Assembly (NCBI RefSeq): GCF_006345805.1
Contig: NC_043008.1
Coordinates: 15,934,001 to 15,998,000 of the forward strand
DNA length: 64,000 nucleotides
From: Octopus sinensis
Taxonomy: Eukaryota
Direction of reading: 5' to 3'
The translations under genes were made by a program, and so were the position numbers. The notes under the pieces are model-generated. The model was not told the origin of the DNA. It did no database searches and worked only from the letters and a program-made list of their open reading frames with translations. Positions 1-11,636 of the stretch are shown in pieces. How positions within the stretch are numbered: the first letter of the stretch is position 1; each line of letters opens with the position of its first letter.

Positions 1-8
1 CTATCTAC

Positions 9-43
<35 letters not shown>

Positions 44-229
44 ACTATCTATCTATATGTACATTTGCATAAATATAATCAGCGAGCTGTGAATATATTG
101 TTGTATAAATTACGCAAAAAATGAAAGTAACACTAACCTCTCGTTTTAACAGACATATTTACCAAAATTACATAAAATTATCTTAAAATACTAAAGAGTA
201 GATTTATTCTTGGGGGTGGGGATTATAAA

Positions 230-920
230 ATCAAAGGGGATTATAAAATCCCCATTCGCTTCAACCATGGACTCCAGACAACTTCGAAATCTTCTGCAAC
301 TCTTCTGGAAGGTCTCCTTGTTTATGTTGGGAATGCTGCTAGAATCCCTGCCTTCAGTTCATCTTTGGTGTTACAAGGAGTTTTTTTGGTCCCTCGCACA
401 ACTATGCTCTTCACATGAAAATCAAAGGCGTTGCAGTCTGAGGAGTAAGGTGGCCAAATGTTAGGTGTCATGTGGTCGCAGAAATTTCCTGATTGTCATG
501 ATTCGGTTATCCTGTTTGTGTGATATGGTGTAGAGTTGTGTTGCCGGATATAGGGTCTTCCATCAGCCACCCTCTTGACCCAGGGCAGCACTAACTCGTC
601 CAGTCCCTTTATGTAAGACTCCTGTTGACAGCGAGAGTGAGAAGATAAATGGAGCATAACTGCGTCATGATGCCGACTGGATATTTGATCTTTATCATTC
701 TCAGTACATGTTTTGGATACACAGAAGATCCGTAATTTGCTATATGAAAACCGTTCCGTGTATATAAAGACAATATGCATACAGTATGAATTCGTGTGAC
801 AACAACACACGGGATTATTTTTGAAGATCTGATCATGAGCAAAACAGGTGCGCATTTGTCCCTGGGGTGCTTAGTGATGAACAGAAGGAAAGATGCGTTG
901 GTGGCAGCGGGCAGATAGGT
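230..920 (-). mobile_element. Degenerate Tc1/mariner-superfamily transposase remnant, maT/DD37D-like
   Basis: Minus strand reads LVLPWVKRVADGRPYIRQHNSTPYHT (Q-D-x-A-P-x-H region) and MTPNIWPPYSSDCNAFDFHV (WPPxSPDxNPxD motif) in broken frames. Boundaries are approximate. Confidence 0.7.
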
Positions 921-1500
921 CATCTTATTAACTCCAATCCAAGGGTACTGAATACCTGGTAACCTGTGACGAAACCTGGATCTACAAAGTGCCCAATCGA
1001 AAGATCCTGGCTCTCTAAACCCAAGAAGGCGAAATGAATTAAGTCCAACGTGAAGAACATAATAATCCTCTTTATCAGAAGTGAAGTAACGTCATCCAAT
1101 CGGTTACCTCTACCTCTAGCCACGCCGCCAAAGAGTCTTTTGTTTTGAGTTTTTTCATGGAAAGATTTCATTGCAAAAGAATAGAGCCCTTCAACTGCCT
1201 GGCAACAATGCCTGACGATAATGCACCAGTCCACAATTCCATTGTGGTAAGCAAATTCTTGATAGAGTGGGACACCAAAACCCTCTCTCAATACAATCCA
1301 GATATTTCCCGTCGTGGCATTTCATTGTTCTTCAAACTGAAGGAAAACTTCAGTGTTTTGGAAGATTGGAAAGATGGACGAGACTGTGACAATGGCCCTA
1401 GGCGGCTTTAATTTGAAAGAATATCAAAGGGCCTTCATAGGTTGGCTGGTACGCCACAAGAAGTGCATTAAGCTTAAATAATTCTAATTTGAATAAGATT
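921..1500 (+). mobile_element. Degenerate mariner transposase remnant
   Basis: Plus strand reads YLVTCDETWIY (first catalytic Asp) near 955-985 and DDNAPVHNSIVVSKFL...YNPDI...LFFKLKENF in ORF 1145..1411. Confidence 0.7.
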
Positions 1501-1880
1501 AGTACTTTGTACACTTTGAAATTTGTATAATTTTGCAAACAAAAAGAAAGTTTAGAAGAGAGTTCAAACGCAGATGCATTTATATGTGTGTTTTTCAGTA
1601 TATACACACGTATCTGTGTATGTTTACATGCATACACTACACACATAGAAGTAAACACATACACACGGCCTCACACATAAAGGCACCAGTGCGCATGTAC
1701 ATTGCGTGTAGTAGAGATAGCGCTAGTTTCATAGTACCATTATTTCTTCCTCATTCGCTCATCTAATATTTAAGAACTCGGCGTAAATGAGAAATCCAGT
1801 GACGATCACTCGCACGAATATGAACACGAATAGACATACATATACATAAGCAGATACGTATATATATGTGTGTGTGTGTT

Positions 1881-1979
<99 letters not shown>

Positions 1980-2194
1980 CACATACATACATACACATAT
2001 ATATGTGTATATATACTTACAAACATACATACATATATACTGACACACACAGTCAGGCGCATACTCACCCACAAATTTTTCGCATATATATTAAATTAGA
2101 ACAGACAGACCCGGATTTTATACCACAAAACATTTTGTCTAGTCCTTTAGTAATCATTTTAAATTTTAGCACATGGTCAGCAATTTCGGTTGAG

Positions 2195-2367
2195 GAATTA
2201 AGTCAATAACATCGACCCCGGTATTTCACTGTTACGTTATTTATAGATCTCAAAAGGGTGAGGGCAAAGTTGATCTCGGCAGAATTTCAACTCAAAACGT
2301 TATGACGGACGAAACCACGCTAAGTATTTTGCCGTGCGTGCAATCAATACCGTCAGCTCGACGCCTG
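2195..2367 (-). mobile_element. Degenerate copy of SINE family B (Nin/Deu-domain-like)
   Basis: Matches the 8608-8839 copy (atcgacccc...ggcaaagttgatctcggcagaattt...aactca). Confidence 0.7.
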
Positions 2368-3537
2368 CCACACACAACCACACACAGACACACACACACA
2401 CACACACATACACGCCTCCCCCCCACACACAGCACACACACACACACGCACATACACACACACACATATATCAATATTCCAACGAAACATTGTCTGCTTA
2501 CATAGATTTGTGGTTGTACACCTGGACAGCTTCGTGTAAGTTTATTTATGAATGGTTTTGCGTGGTGTTTCTAAATATCAGTGGACATTGCTTATGCCAG
2601 GTTATTAAATATTTAATTGGAAATTAATATATTGTTCATAATAATACACTTTCACTAATAAGTACGTGCGTCACACAGAATCTTAAATAAGTTTGTATTA
2701 TATTTTCTGTGATACCATGATTATGACAACGACTGTTTTTGTAATTAATGCTCGTAGTCGAACTAGTGAGAACTTAATCAATGCTTGTTAATATTATTTC
2801 TAAGATTCAGCAGTCATCGATACTTATATAACCTATGAACTGTTTTTTGCGAATAGTTTTTAAAGGGAATTTAGGACATAATCCATTGTGATGTGTGAGA
2901 AAATATAGATGCGATAGATAAAAATTTCGGACCTTAGTTTTGGGTGTGCTGTTCTTCTTTATCTCATATTAAAACGTAAACCTACACTTCTACAGTACAG
3001 TGATGCGTCTAAAGGAATTTGCTCACAGATAACCGCACCAATAATCTTCAAAATTGGATCAGCCTCAACTACATAGTTGGTACACGGTATGTAAATGCAA
3101 ATAAACAAAAAAAAAAAAAAGAAACGCATCGCAAATTGAATGTATGAAGAAATGAACCAAGACGTAAATAATAAAACTGTGAGGCCGATTCTCTAGTGGT
3201 CTCATAATGTCTTATACCAGATTACTATCACAAATACAGATATATTTTGAGTAAGACCTGACCTCAGTAGTATAAGTAATACCGTTTAAGTCATGATTTC
3301 ATAGATAAATCAACTAATGTAGAATTAGGTAAACTCAATGTTTACGTGTATGTAATTTGGCAATGGCACATAACCTTAATCAAATCATCGGATATATAAA
3401 TGTTTGAAACATTGAGCTATAGCTTGTTCGTTATCATATCGCTCTCTCATCAATATAAGAAAAAAGATGACGTTGGCACATGTCGAATTTGAACTAGTGT
3501 TAATGGATGTTGAAATTATGGAAATTGTATAAACAGA

Positions 3538-3951
3538 ATTCCTTTATTGCCCACAGGGGGCGAAACATAGAGGGGACAAACAAAAACAGACAAAGCGATT
3601 AAGTCAATTGCATCGACCACAGTACGTAAGTAGTACTTATTTAATCGACCCCGAAAGGATGAAGGGCAAAGTCGGCCTCGGCGGAATTTTAACTCAGAAC
3701 GTAACGGCAGACGAAATACCTATTTCTTTACTACCCACAGGGGGCTAAACACAGAGAGGACAAACAAGGACAAATAAACGTATTAAGTCGATTATATCGC
3801 CTCCAGTGCGTAACTGGTACTTCATTTATCGACCCCGAAAGGATGAAAAGCAAAGTCAGCCACGGCGGAATTTGAACTCAGAACGTAACGGCAGACGAGA
3901 TACCGCTAAGCATTTCGCCCGGCGTGCTAACGATTGTGCCAGCTCACCGCT
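3538..3951 (-). mobile_element. Tandem SINE family B: head-truncated copy (3538-3720) joined to a full copy (3721-3951)
   Basis: Two direct copies of ttcttta..cccacagggg...atcgaccccgaaaggatgaa.ggcaaagtc. The minus strand carries gcctttcatcctttcggggtcgataaa, resembling the Nin/Deu SINE domain, and a tRNA-like head. Confidence 0.85.
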
Positions 3952-4955
3952 TTAAACATAGAATAATGTCATTGGTGGTAGAGATAGATCATGACAAGAT
4001 AGCTACTCGATTAATTCAAGGTGGTAGTGACATCAAGTAGAACCAAGACACAGCAATAGCTAAAACATTTTTAATTAAGGTACGTGCACTCCACCTGTAA
4101 TATTCGTCATAAAGTGATGGCTATTAACTAACTACTAAAATAAATATGTTGAAGAGAACGGATATACCTGACATCTTTAATATAAGAATGAAATGAGAAT
4201 TGTCTACACAAAACTATAATAATATAGTTCAAATGTCAATGTGAAGAATTCATATCCATATAGAAGCGTTCAATTACAAAGACGAAAACCAAGTTAAGTT
4301 ATTCTGAATGTTAAAGGTGGGTGGCGTGATAAGGAAACATTTTGAAACTAAATAATGTAACATGTTTCTAACAGCGGTTGATAAATGTCTACTTACTTTT
4401 GTCTGGCACCGCAATGAAACGGGCACGTTGTAGAATGAAACGATCATTAAAAGACTTACTTAATAATTGAATTTACTTAACAAAAACATTGAACTCCAAG
4501 CAATTACCAAAATATCAATAGAAAAGGTCACAAATTGTTTGATCATATATAATACATACGCTGATATAAGTTAGTTATTGGACAAGAAACGCATCTATAA
4601 ATCGATCATTTACCAAAGTACATCTTCGTAAGCTCTGGAATAATAGAGTTTTCATTTAGGCTTAATGCGGCGTTCTTTTTATATTCCGTTCCTCAACTAC
4701 TAGATAATGCAAATTTGAAAATATGAATATGTCTTAAGCATTGGAATTGCAATTAGATCTGTTTCTTTATTCAAATTTACGTGTGAAAATCTGATATCAG
4801 TTAAATTTTCATTTTCTTAAAGTGGGCGTTACATTAAATGTATAACTTTTCGTGATGCTTTATATGATGTGGGTGACGAGGGAAACCAGTGAGAAGAATA
4901 AGGGGAAACAGCTATCTGGTAATGCAAGAAACTTCTTTCAGCAAATGTAAACATA

Positions 4956-5104
4956 GGCTTAGGAGTGGCTGTGGGGTAAATATCTTGCACACCAACCACA
5001 TGGTTCCGAGTTCAGGCCCACTGCGTGAAACCTTGGGGAAATGTCTTCCTTGCCTACCAAAGCCAAATGAGTGGATTTGGTAGACGGAAACTGAAAGACG
5101 CCAG

Positions 5105-5158
<54 letters not shown>

Positions 5159-5388
5159 GTGTATGTATGTGTGTGTATATGTTTGTGTGCCTGTGTTTGT
5201 TCCCCCAACATTGCTTGACAACCGATGCTGGTGTGTTTACGTCCCCGTAACTAAGCTGTTCGTTCGCCAAAGGAGACCGATAGAATAAGTACTAGGCTTA
5301 CAAATAATAAGTCCTGTGTTTGATTTGCTCGACTAAAGGCGGTGCTCCATCAGGGCCACAGTCAAATGACTGAACCAAGTAAAAGAGT
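4956..5388 (+). mobile_element. tRNA-derived SINE family A (octopus OK/OR-type) with internal (TA)n/(TG)n
   Basis: A-box-like gtggctgtggggtaa, B-box-like gttccgagttca, shared body gagtggatttggtagacggaaactgaaaga and aagtaaaagag tail. Many copies in this window. Confidence 0.85.
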
Positions 5389-5744
5389 ATACTGTACGTA
5401 TGCAATATATGCGTGCGGGTATATCAACTAGAAAAAAAGAACGTAAATATTTCTCTTTTGCTGTGATATACATGTGATAAATTCTGTTCGAAGTATTAGT
5501 ATCAACAATGTTTTATCAAGAGTAAATACAAAATTTTCAACAACGAATTACACCTGCTCACTTTTCATTGGAAATACGTACGTAAGGTAATCTCCGATAT
5601 GATCGGTTTCTCAGAAGCAGTCCTGGAGAAATTACATCCGCACTATAGCTAAGGCAAGAGCGAATCTAGCGTAAAAGCCCAGAACATAACTATTTTCTCA
5701 AAATTTTTATGGGGTATTGTTACTTGAACTAATAGGACGGTAAA

Positions 5745-6239
5745 TCTTTATATATAAAAGTGAAGTTGTGTGTCTGTCTCCTACGATTTAGATTCCTAAC
5801 TACTCCCACATTTTGCGGTGCAGTTTAACCAAAACCGGGTATCTTATAGTCGTGATTCATATCGAACCCTTCTGGGTATTAGCGCGCGTCTACAATGAGT
5901 CTATGATTTAAAAAAAAATTACCATCATGTTTTTCCATTTTAATGCATTTTTTCGCTATCATATAAGGGAAGTAACTTTCTAAAAATGTCTACGATGAGT
6001 CAACGATTTAAAAAAAAATTACCATCATGTTTTTCCATTTTAATGCATTTTTTCGCTATCATATAAGGGAAGTAACTTTCTAAAAATGTCTACGATGAGT
6101 CAACGATTTAAAAAAAAATTACCATCATTTTTTTTCCATTTTTAATGCATTTTTTGCTATTTTTTGGCTATAACTCTCTAAAAATGCTTATATAGTTATT
6201 TCCCTTACAAACCCGAGCAACGCCGGGCGATACTGCTAG
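5745..6239 (+). mobile_element. Non-autonomous Helitron
   Basis: Starts A|TC, ends CTAG|T, with subterminal hairpin cccgagcaacgccggg. The 3' end is shared with the element ending at 41298. Confidence 0.85.
5889..6188 (+). repeat. Three tandem 100-bp repeats inside the Helitron
   Basis: tctac(a/g)atgagtc units start at 5889, 5989 and 6089. Confidence 0.9.
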
Positions 6240-6515
6240 TATATATACAAAAGAAAACAAAATATCCTTTACAGTATTTAGGATAGACACACCAAACAGA
6301 CTGACATAAATTCACAAACATGTTAGTCTGAGGCCCAGAGAGGTCTCTATAGACTGCCGTCAGTGTATTTGTGTAGAAAATATCGAGGCTCGCGAGTAGC
6401 CTTCAACCATTTATACCCAAAGGGGATTTGAACCTGATATTTACCCAACAATTGTACGACGCTGTTTGTAGCTTTATCTGCTTCGAGTAAACAATTTCTT
6501 GAAGTTATATGTATG

Positions 6516-6546
<31 letters not shown>

Positions 6547-6551
6547 ACACA

Positions 6552-6606
<55 letters not shown>

Positions 6607-6610
6607 CATA

Positions 6611-6830
6611 TAAAGTTAATCCAAACATGAAAACACAAAGAGGAAACACAACGACGCGAGGACGTGGAACAAATGTAGTATTATTCGACGCCCAGGAAGG
6701 AAGGGAAGAAGCAGGTTTTAACGTTTCGAGCGGAGCTCTTCGTCGGAAACATAGGAGAAGGAAAGATCCAGAGAAGGAAAGACAGAGGAAAAAAAATCGC
6801 CAACGATACACACGCGGTCACATTTTGAAT
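6611..6830 (-). mobile_element. Short PLE pLTR-like element with a hammerhead-like motif, between (TA)n tracts
   Basis: Contains the motif at 6715-6750. A partial second copy lies at 48803-48908 (shared acgcgaggacgtggaacaaat.tagtattatt). Confidence 0.65.
6715..6750 (-). ncRNA. Minimal hammerhead ribozyme-like motif (U4C, extra A after A9)
   Basis: Minus strand: gttt CCGACGA A gagc tcc gctc GAAA cgt TA aaac. Stems I and II pair, with palindromic AACGTT at helix III. Confidence 0.6.
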
Positions 6831-6880
6831 GTATATATATGTATATATGTAGAGAGTGGCTGTGTAGTATATATATATAT

Positions 6881-7216
6881 ATGAGTAGAACGGATAAGAG
6901 ATGTGAGGGGCGAGAGAATATTCATTATTTGAATCTCTATTTCTACTACGTGTGTGTAAGTGCTTTAGTGTGTATGTGTGAGGACGTTGAAATGCATACT
7001 CGAGCACAGATCACTGTCTTTCTCTATCTTTCTCTCTTTATTCATACCAAAAAACGCCGAAATAATGCATTGTCTAGAGAAGAACAGGGTAAATGTTTTT
7101 TTAATTTTTTTTATTTTTCCTTAGATTTCGGAATTACTACTATTTGCGGTTGGAGCCCTGGCTGCTATTTCTAGTGGGTCGAACGGCCTATTGTGGCCGT
7201 TCCTCAATTGTTGTTG

Positions 7217-7281
<65 letters not shown>

Positions 7282-7567
7282 TATTTATTAGGGAATAAAA
7301 CATTCCGGCGTCACAGGGATTCAAATAAAATTAATTATTCTTGATAAGGAAGTATACGAAACAAGTAAAAGGGTAAAAGATTATACACGTGTAATTATTT
7401 GTATGAATAAAGAGAGAAAGAGAGAGAAAGACAGTGATCTGTGCTCGAGTATGCATTTCAACGTCCCCACACATACACACTAAAGCACTTACACACACGT
7501 AGTAGAAATAAAGATTCAAATAATGAATATTCTCTCACCCCTCACATCTCTTATCCGTTCTACTCAT
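6881..7567. repeat. Long inverted repeat with about 167-bp arms (6881-7047 and 7401-7567)
   Basis: atgagtagaacggataagag...tttattcatac recurs in reverse complement with few mismatches. The mirrored ORFs MLEYAFQRPHTYTLKHLHTRSRN occur on both strands. Confidence 0.95.
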
Positions 7568-8607
7568 ATAAACAGACAGACGCACACATCAACACGCAAA
7601 CCTACACACACACACACATGCATATATAGATGCGTATATATGTACATATATACATATACGCGTGCATATATTTTATAGACACACGCACATGTATATATGT
7701 ATGTGAGTGTATGTGTATATATGTATATACATACGAATATACATACACATATATGTGTATGTATATAATAGTACATTTTTAATCTTCGAAAGGTAAAACG
7801 GCGTGTTCCATTTCTTCCACCAAACAAAGACAGCGAAAATAACATATCAATGTTTATCTACATATTAATTCAGTTCCATTTCTTCTACGTCTCTGTCGCT
7901 TAATGTCTGGTCATCTTTAATAGTCTTCGTGTGAACTAATTTCAGGAAACTAAGCTCATCATATTAAGAATAATTGATTTTGGAATTACTTTAAGAAAAT
8001 CACGTTTTATTTAAACTTAAGGACTTTAACAATGGAAATGCCAGATTATTTCTCATAGACTTTCTTGAAATGTATTCTTTGACCTTAACAAACGTTTTGC
8101 TGTTCATTAGAATAACGTTCGGTTGTGGATAATAAGATAATATAATTGTTTAGTTTGAAAGATTTCTTCAGGTATTTTCCAGCTATTATCAGCCTCATCC
8201 GTGAAGAAATCAGCAATACTGGAAATAATTCAAATGCGTATTTACTGATATGAAAAAAAGCCAGAGTGCGTGTTATCAGTGGCATAACGACTCTCTAGGA
8301 AACAACAAATCGAAAATGATATTAATAAGTGATGAACCAGCAGAATGAAAAAGAAAACGAACTACAATTATACTAATAATGCTTTCTACTAGAGGTACAA
8401 GGCCTGAAATTTGTGGGGAGTGACTAGTTGATTAGATCGACCCCAGTGTTTACTGGTACTTAATTTATCGACCCCGAAAAGATAAAAGACAAAGTAGACC
8501 TGATGTGTATACTGGATGCTGTATATTTTACCCTAGTGTTACTCTGATGGCATACACTGTTCTCTCACTCAATAAAAATAATAATAATAATAAAAATAAT
8601 AATAATA

Positions 8608-8839
8608 TATTTCTTTACTACCCACAAGGGACTAAACACAGGGGGGACAAACAAGGACAGACAAACGGATTAAGTCGATTATATCGACCCTAGTGCGTAA
8701 CCGGTACTTAATTTATCGACCCCGAAAGGATGAAAGGCAAAGTCGACCTCGGCGGAATTTGAACTCAGAACGTAACGGCAGACGAAATACGGCTACGCAC
8801 TTCGCCCGGTGTGCTAACGTTTCTGCCAGCTCGACGCCT
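8608..8839 (-). mobile_element. SINE family B, near full-length
   Basis: Minus strand aggcgtcgagctggcagaaacgttagcac...gttctgagttcaaattccgccgaggtcgactttgcctttcatcctttcggggtcgataaa. Confidence 0.85.
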
Positions 8840-8848
8840 TTAATGATG

Positions 8849-8920
<72 letters not shown>

Positions 8921-8922
<2 letters not shown>

Positions 8923-9533
8923 CCACCCCCAGTGCTTGAAAATGACCACATCTCACTCCTCTGGAACTTCACCATTCAAACTGACAGGAAGATAGATGCA
9001 AATAGGCCAGACATCATATTGAAAGACTTCAAACAAAGAACATGCCTCCTCATTGATATGACTGTCCCAATCGATATAAACGTATCTGTCAGGACCTACC
9101 AAAAACTGAGCAAATATAAAGATCTTGAAATAGAAATCAGCAAAATGTGGAAGCTGAAGACTAAAACAATACCTGTTGTCATAGGTGCCCTGGGAATGAT
9201 AGCAAAAGGGGCCGATAGCTACCTAACTCAGATACCAGGAACCCAAAAATGGCAGAAGTTCAAAAGATAGTGCTCATGGGAACTGCTCATATCCTACGCA
9301 AAATACTCTCTACGTAACCTCAAGGTTTAAAACAACCATAATTTTCAGTTTAAAAAAAAAAAAAAAAAAAAAACTTTTTTTTTTTAGACATTCATTAGTA
9401 CAACATCCCCACCCCCCAATATATGGCACACTAGGCATAACAACAACATGAACTTCCAACCCTGTTGTCTCTTGAGGTCTCTGGGTGAGACTTGGAGCCA
9501 ACTTGTACAAATATAAAGCAAAAGTCAAACATA

Positions 9534-9534
<1 letters not shown>
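8921..9534 (+). mobile_element. 5'-truncated R4/Dong-type LINE (restriction-like endonuclease end plus 3' UTR) inside (TAA)n
   Basis: ORF 8932..9270 LLWNFTIQTDRKIDANRPDIILKD...LIDMTVP...KLSKYKDLEIEISKMW is homologous to 33814..34500. (TAA)n lies on both sides. Confidence 0.88.
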
Positions 9535-9597
<63 letters not shown>

Positions 9598-10284
9598 TGC
9601 AACTCAGATCGTGAACCTGAAAACTGACAAAGATGTCTGGGATGTGATTTAGCAAACTGCATAGGTAAATTCTGACACCCCCACGTATCTGTGGTAGCAC
9701 TAGAATACAATATGATGTGTCGCTTTAAATCGAATACTACGAAATGAAAAATATTCGGAAGAATCTATAACAGTCCATGATTTATCTTGTAAGAAAAACC
9801 GAGATGTTTTTTATTCTCTGTCAATCTCATCTAGTAAATCTCATGTTTGATGTATATTGTAAACATATTGCGGCAATATGCAGATTAATTCAGTACAATC
9901 ACACACGCATGTTATACTTACATACATGGAGACATACATACATGCATGAATACATAATACATACATACGTTACATGGATACATGCATACGAAAAAAGGCG
10001 TCGTCAACATCAGACGTGCAGGCGTAGAAGTCAGTTTAAAACTTTCATTTTAAATGTTTTTCTTCTATATTTCTGCCAACACTCCCTCGTTTCATCATTA
10101 AGTGATACATTTCTTTAATTACACATAAGAGAAACACTTTTTTATCTCATCAACGTAGCATTATTCAGACAGGATTAATAAAGATATACCATACACCAGG
10201 CAGGGTTGTGTCTAACACGATCATACATACATACATACATACATACATACATACATACATACATACATTACATACATACATGCA

Positions 10285-10351
<67 letters not shown>

Positions 10352-10550
10352 CTAATGTAGGATAACATTTTTCGGGAAAAAAATGTTATCAATGGCCAGC
10401 ATATTAAAAAATACCTTAAAGGTAAATTTATATATATGTATACATACATACATATACACATACATGCATGCATTCATGTATTTATATATATATGTATGTA
10501 TATATATATATGTGTGTGTGTGTATGTGTATATATATCTGTATCTATATT

Positions 10551-10623
<73 letters not shown>

Positions 10624-10720
10624 CGGGAAGCTTTATGAAAATAAACAAAAGACGAAGGCAGGTGGAAAACAAACGAACAATTGTATTAGTATGGCGCTCA
10701 GGAAATATAAATAAAACAAG

Positions 10721-10758
10721 TCTTTAACGTTTCGAGCCTACGCTCTTCAACAGAAAGA
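10721..10758 (-). ncRNA. Minimal hammerhead-like motif in the PLE terminal repeat (variant core)
   Basis: Minus strand: tcttt CTGTTGA A gagc gtag gctc GAAA cg TT aaaga. 5-bp stem I, 4-bp stem II, AACGTT palindrome, with A6 changed to U. Confidence 0.6.
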
Positions 10759-10924
10759 TACACAGAGAGAGAAAAACACAGAAAGAAGGAGAGAAAAAAA
10801 AATGCGTGCAGTAGCTAACGAATCAACATGGCGATCTGATTTCGGCCAGAGGTCAAAGATCAAACATGAGACGCGAGAGCGAAATAAGGGGAGATAATAG
10901 GGTTGATAAATGGGTTGAGGGACC

Positions 10925-11260
10925 AGCTAAAAGTGCGTGGGAGGGGTCTGGATGTGTGTATGTATAGGGTTGGTGTATGTATTAGTATGTATAAGGGTGT
11001 GTGTGTGTGTATGAGAGAGTATTAGTGCGTAAGATTGGTCTGGACGTGCGTATGTATGGGGTTGGTGTATGTATTAGTATGTATTAGTTTGTATTTGTAC
11101 GTATTGGTATGTATAGGTGTGTCCTGTGTGTGTGGTGAGAGAGTATAAGTGCGTATGCGGGGTCTGGACGTGTGTATGTATAGGGTTGGTGTAAGTATTA
11201 GTATGTACAGTATGTATTAGTACGTATTAGTATGTATTAGTTGTGTGTGTGTATTAGTAT
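10925..11260. repeat. Degenerate tandem repeats in the PLE 3' UTR
   Basis: ggtctgga(t/c)gtg.gtatgtat.gggttggtgta.gtattagtatgt recurs at about 10945, 11037 and 11161, with many gtattagtat subunits. Confidence 0.8.
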
Positions 11261-11636
11261 GGCACATCATATGTGATGTGATGTGTAAAGTCATGTGGTG
11301 TAGTGAGGAGAAGAGGGGGACGGGGAGAAAGTGGGAGGGGGAGAAGAGGGGGAGGAAAAGGGAGGGGGAAGAAGAGGGGGAGGAGAAGGGGGAGAGGAGA
11401 GGATGGGGGAGAGAGAAGGGAGAGAGGGAGTGAGGGAGCAAGGGAGAAGGGGGGAAAGGGAGGGAGAAAGAGGGAAGAAGGGAAGGGGAGTAGGGTGAAA
11501 GGATGAAGGACTGACTGAAGAATAGGGGTCGGGGGGGGAAGAAAGGATAGGTGAGGAGGGGGGTAGGTTAGATGAGTAGGGGGGAGAGTTGAGCCAAATG
11601 GCGTATAAGAGCGAAGAGAGGAAGATTAATTCCTGT

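Noticed and set aside
5889-6188. Regular repeats as a CRISPR-like array
   Set aside because: These are contiguous tandem units without unique spacers, in a eukaryotic Helitron with no cas genes.
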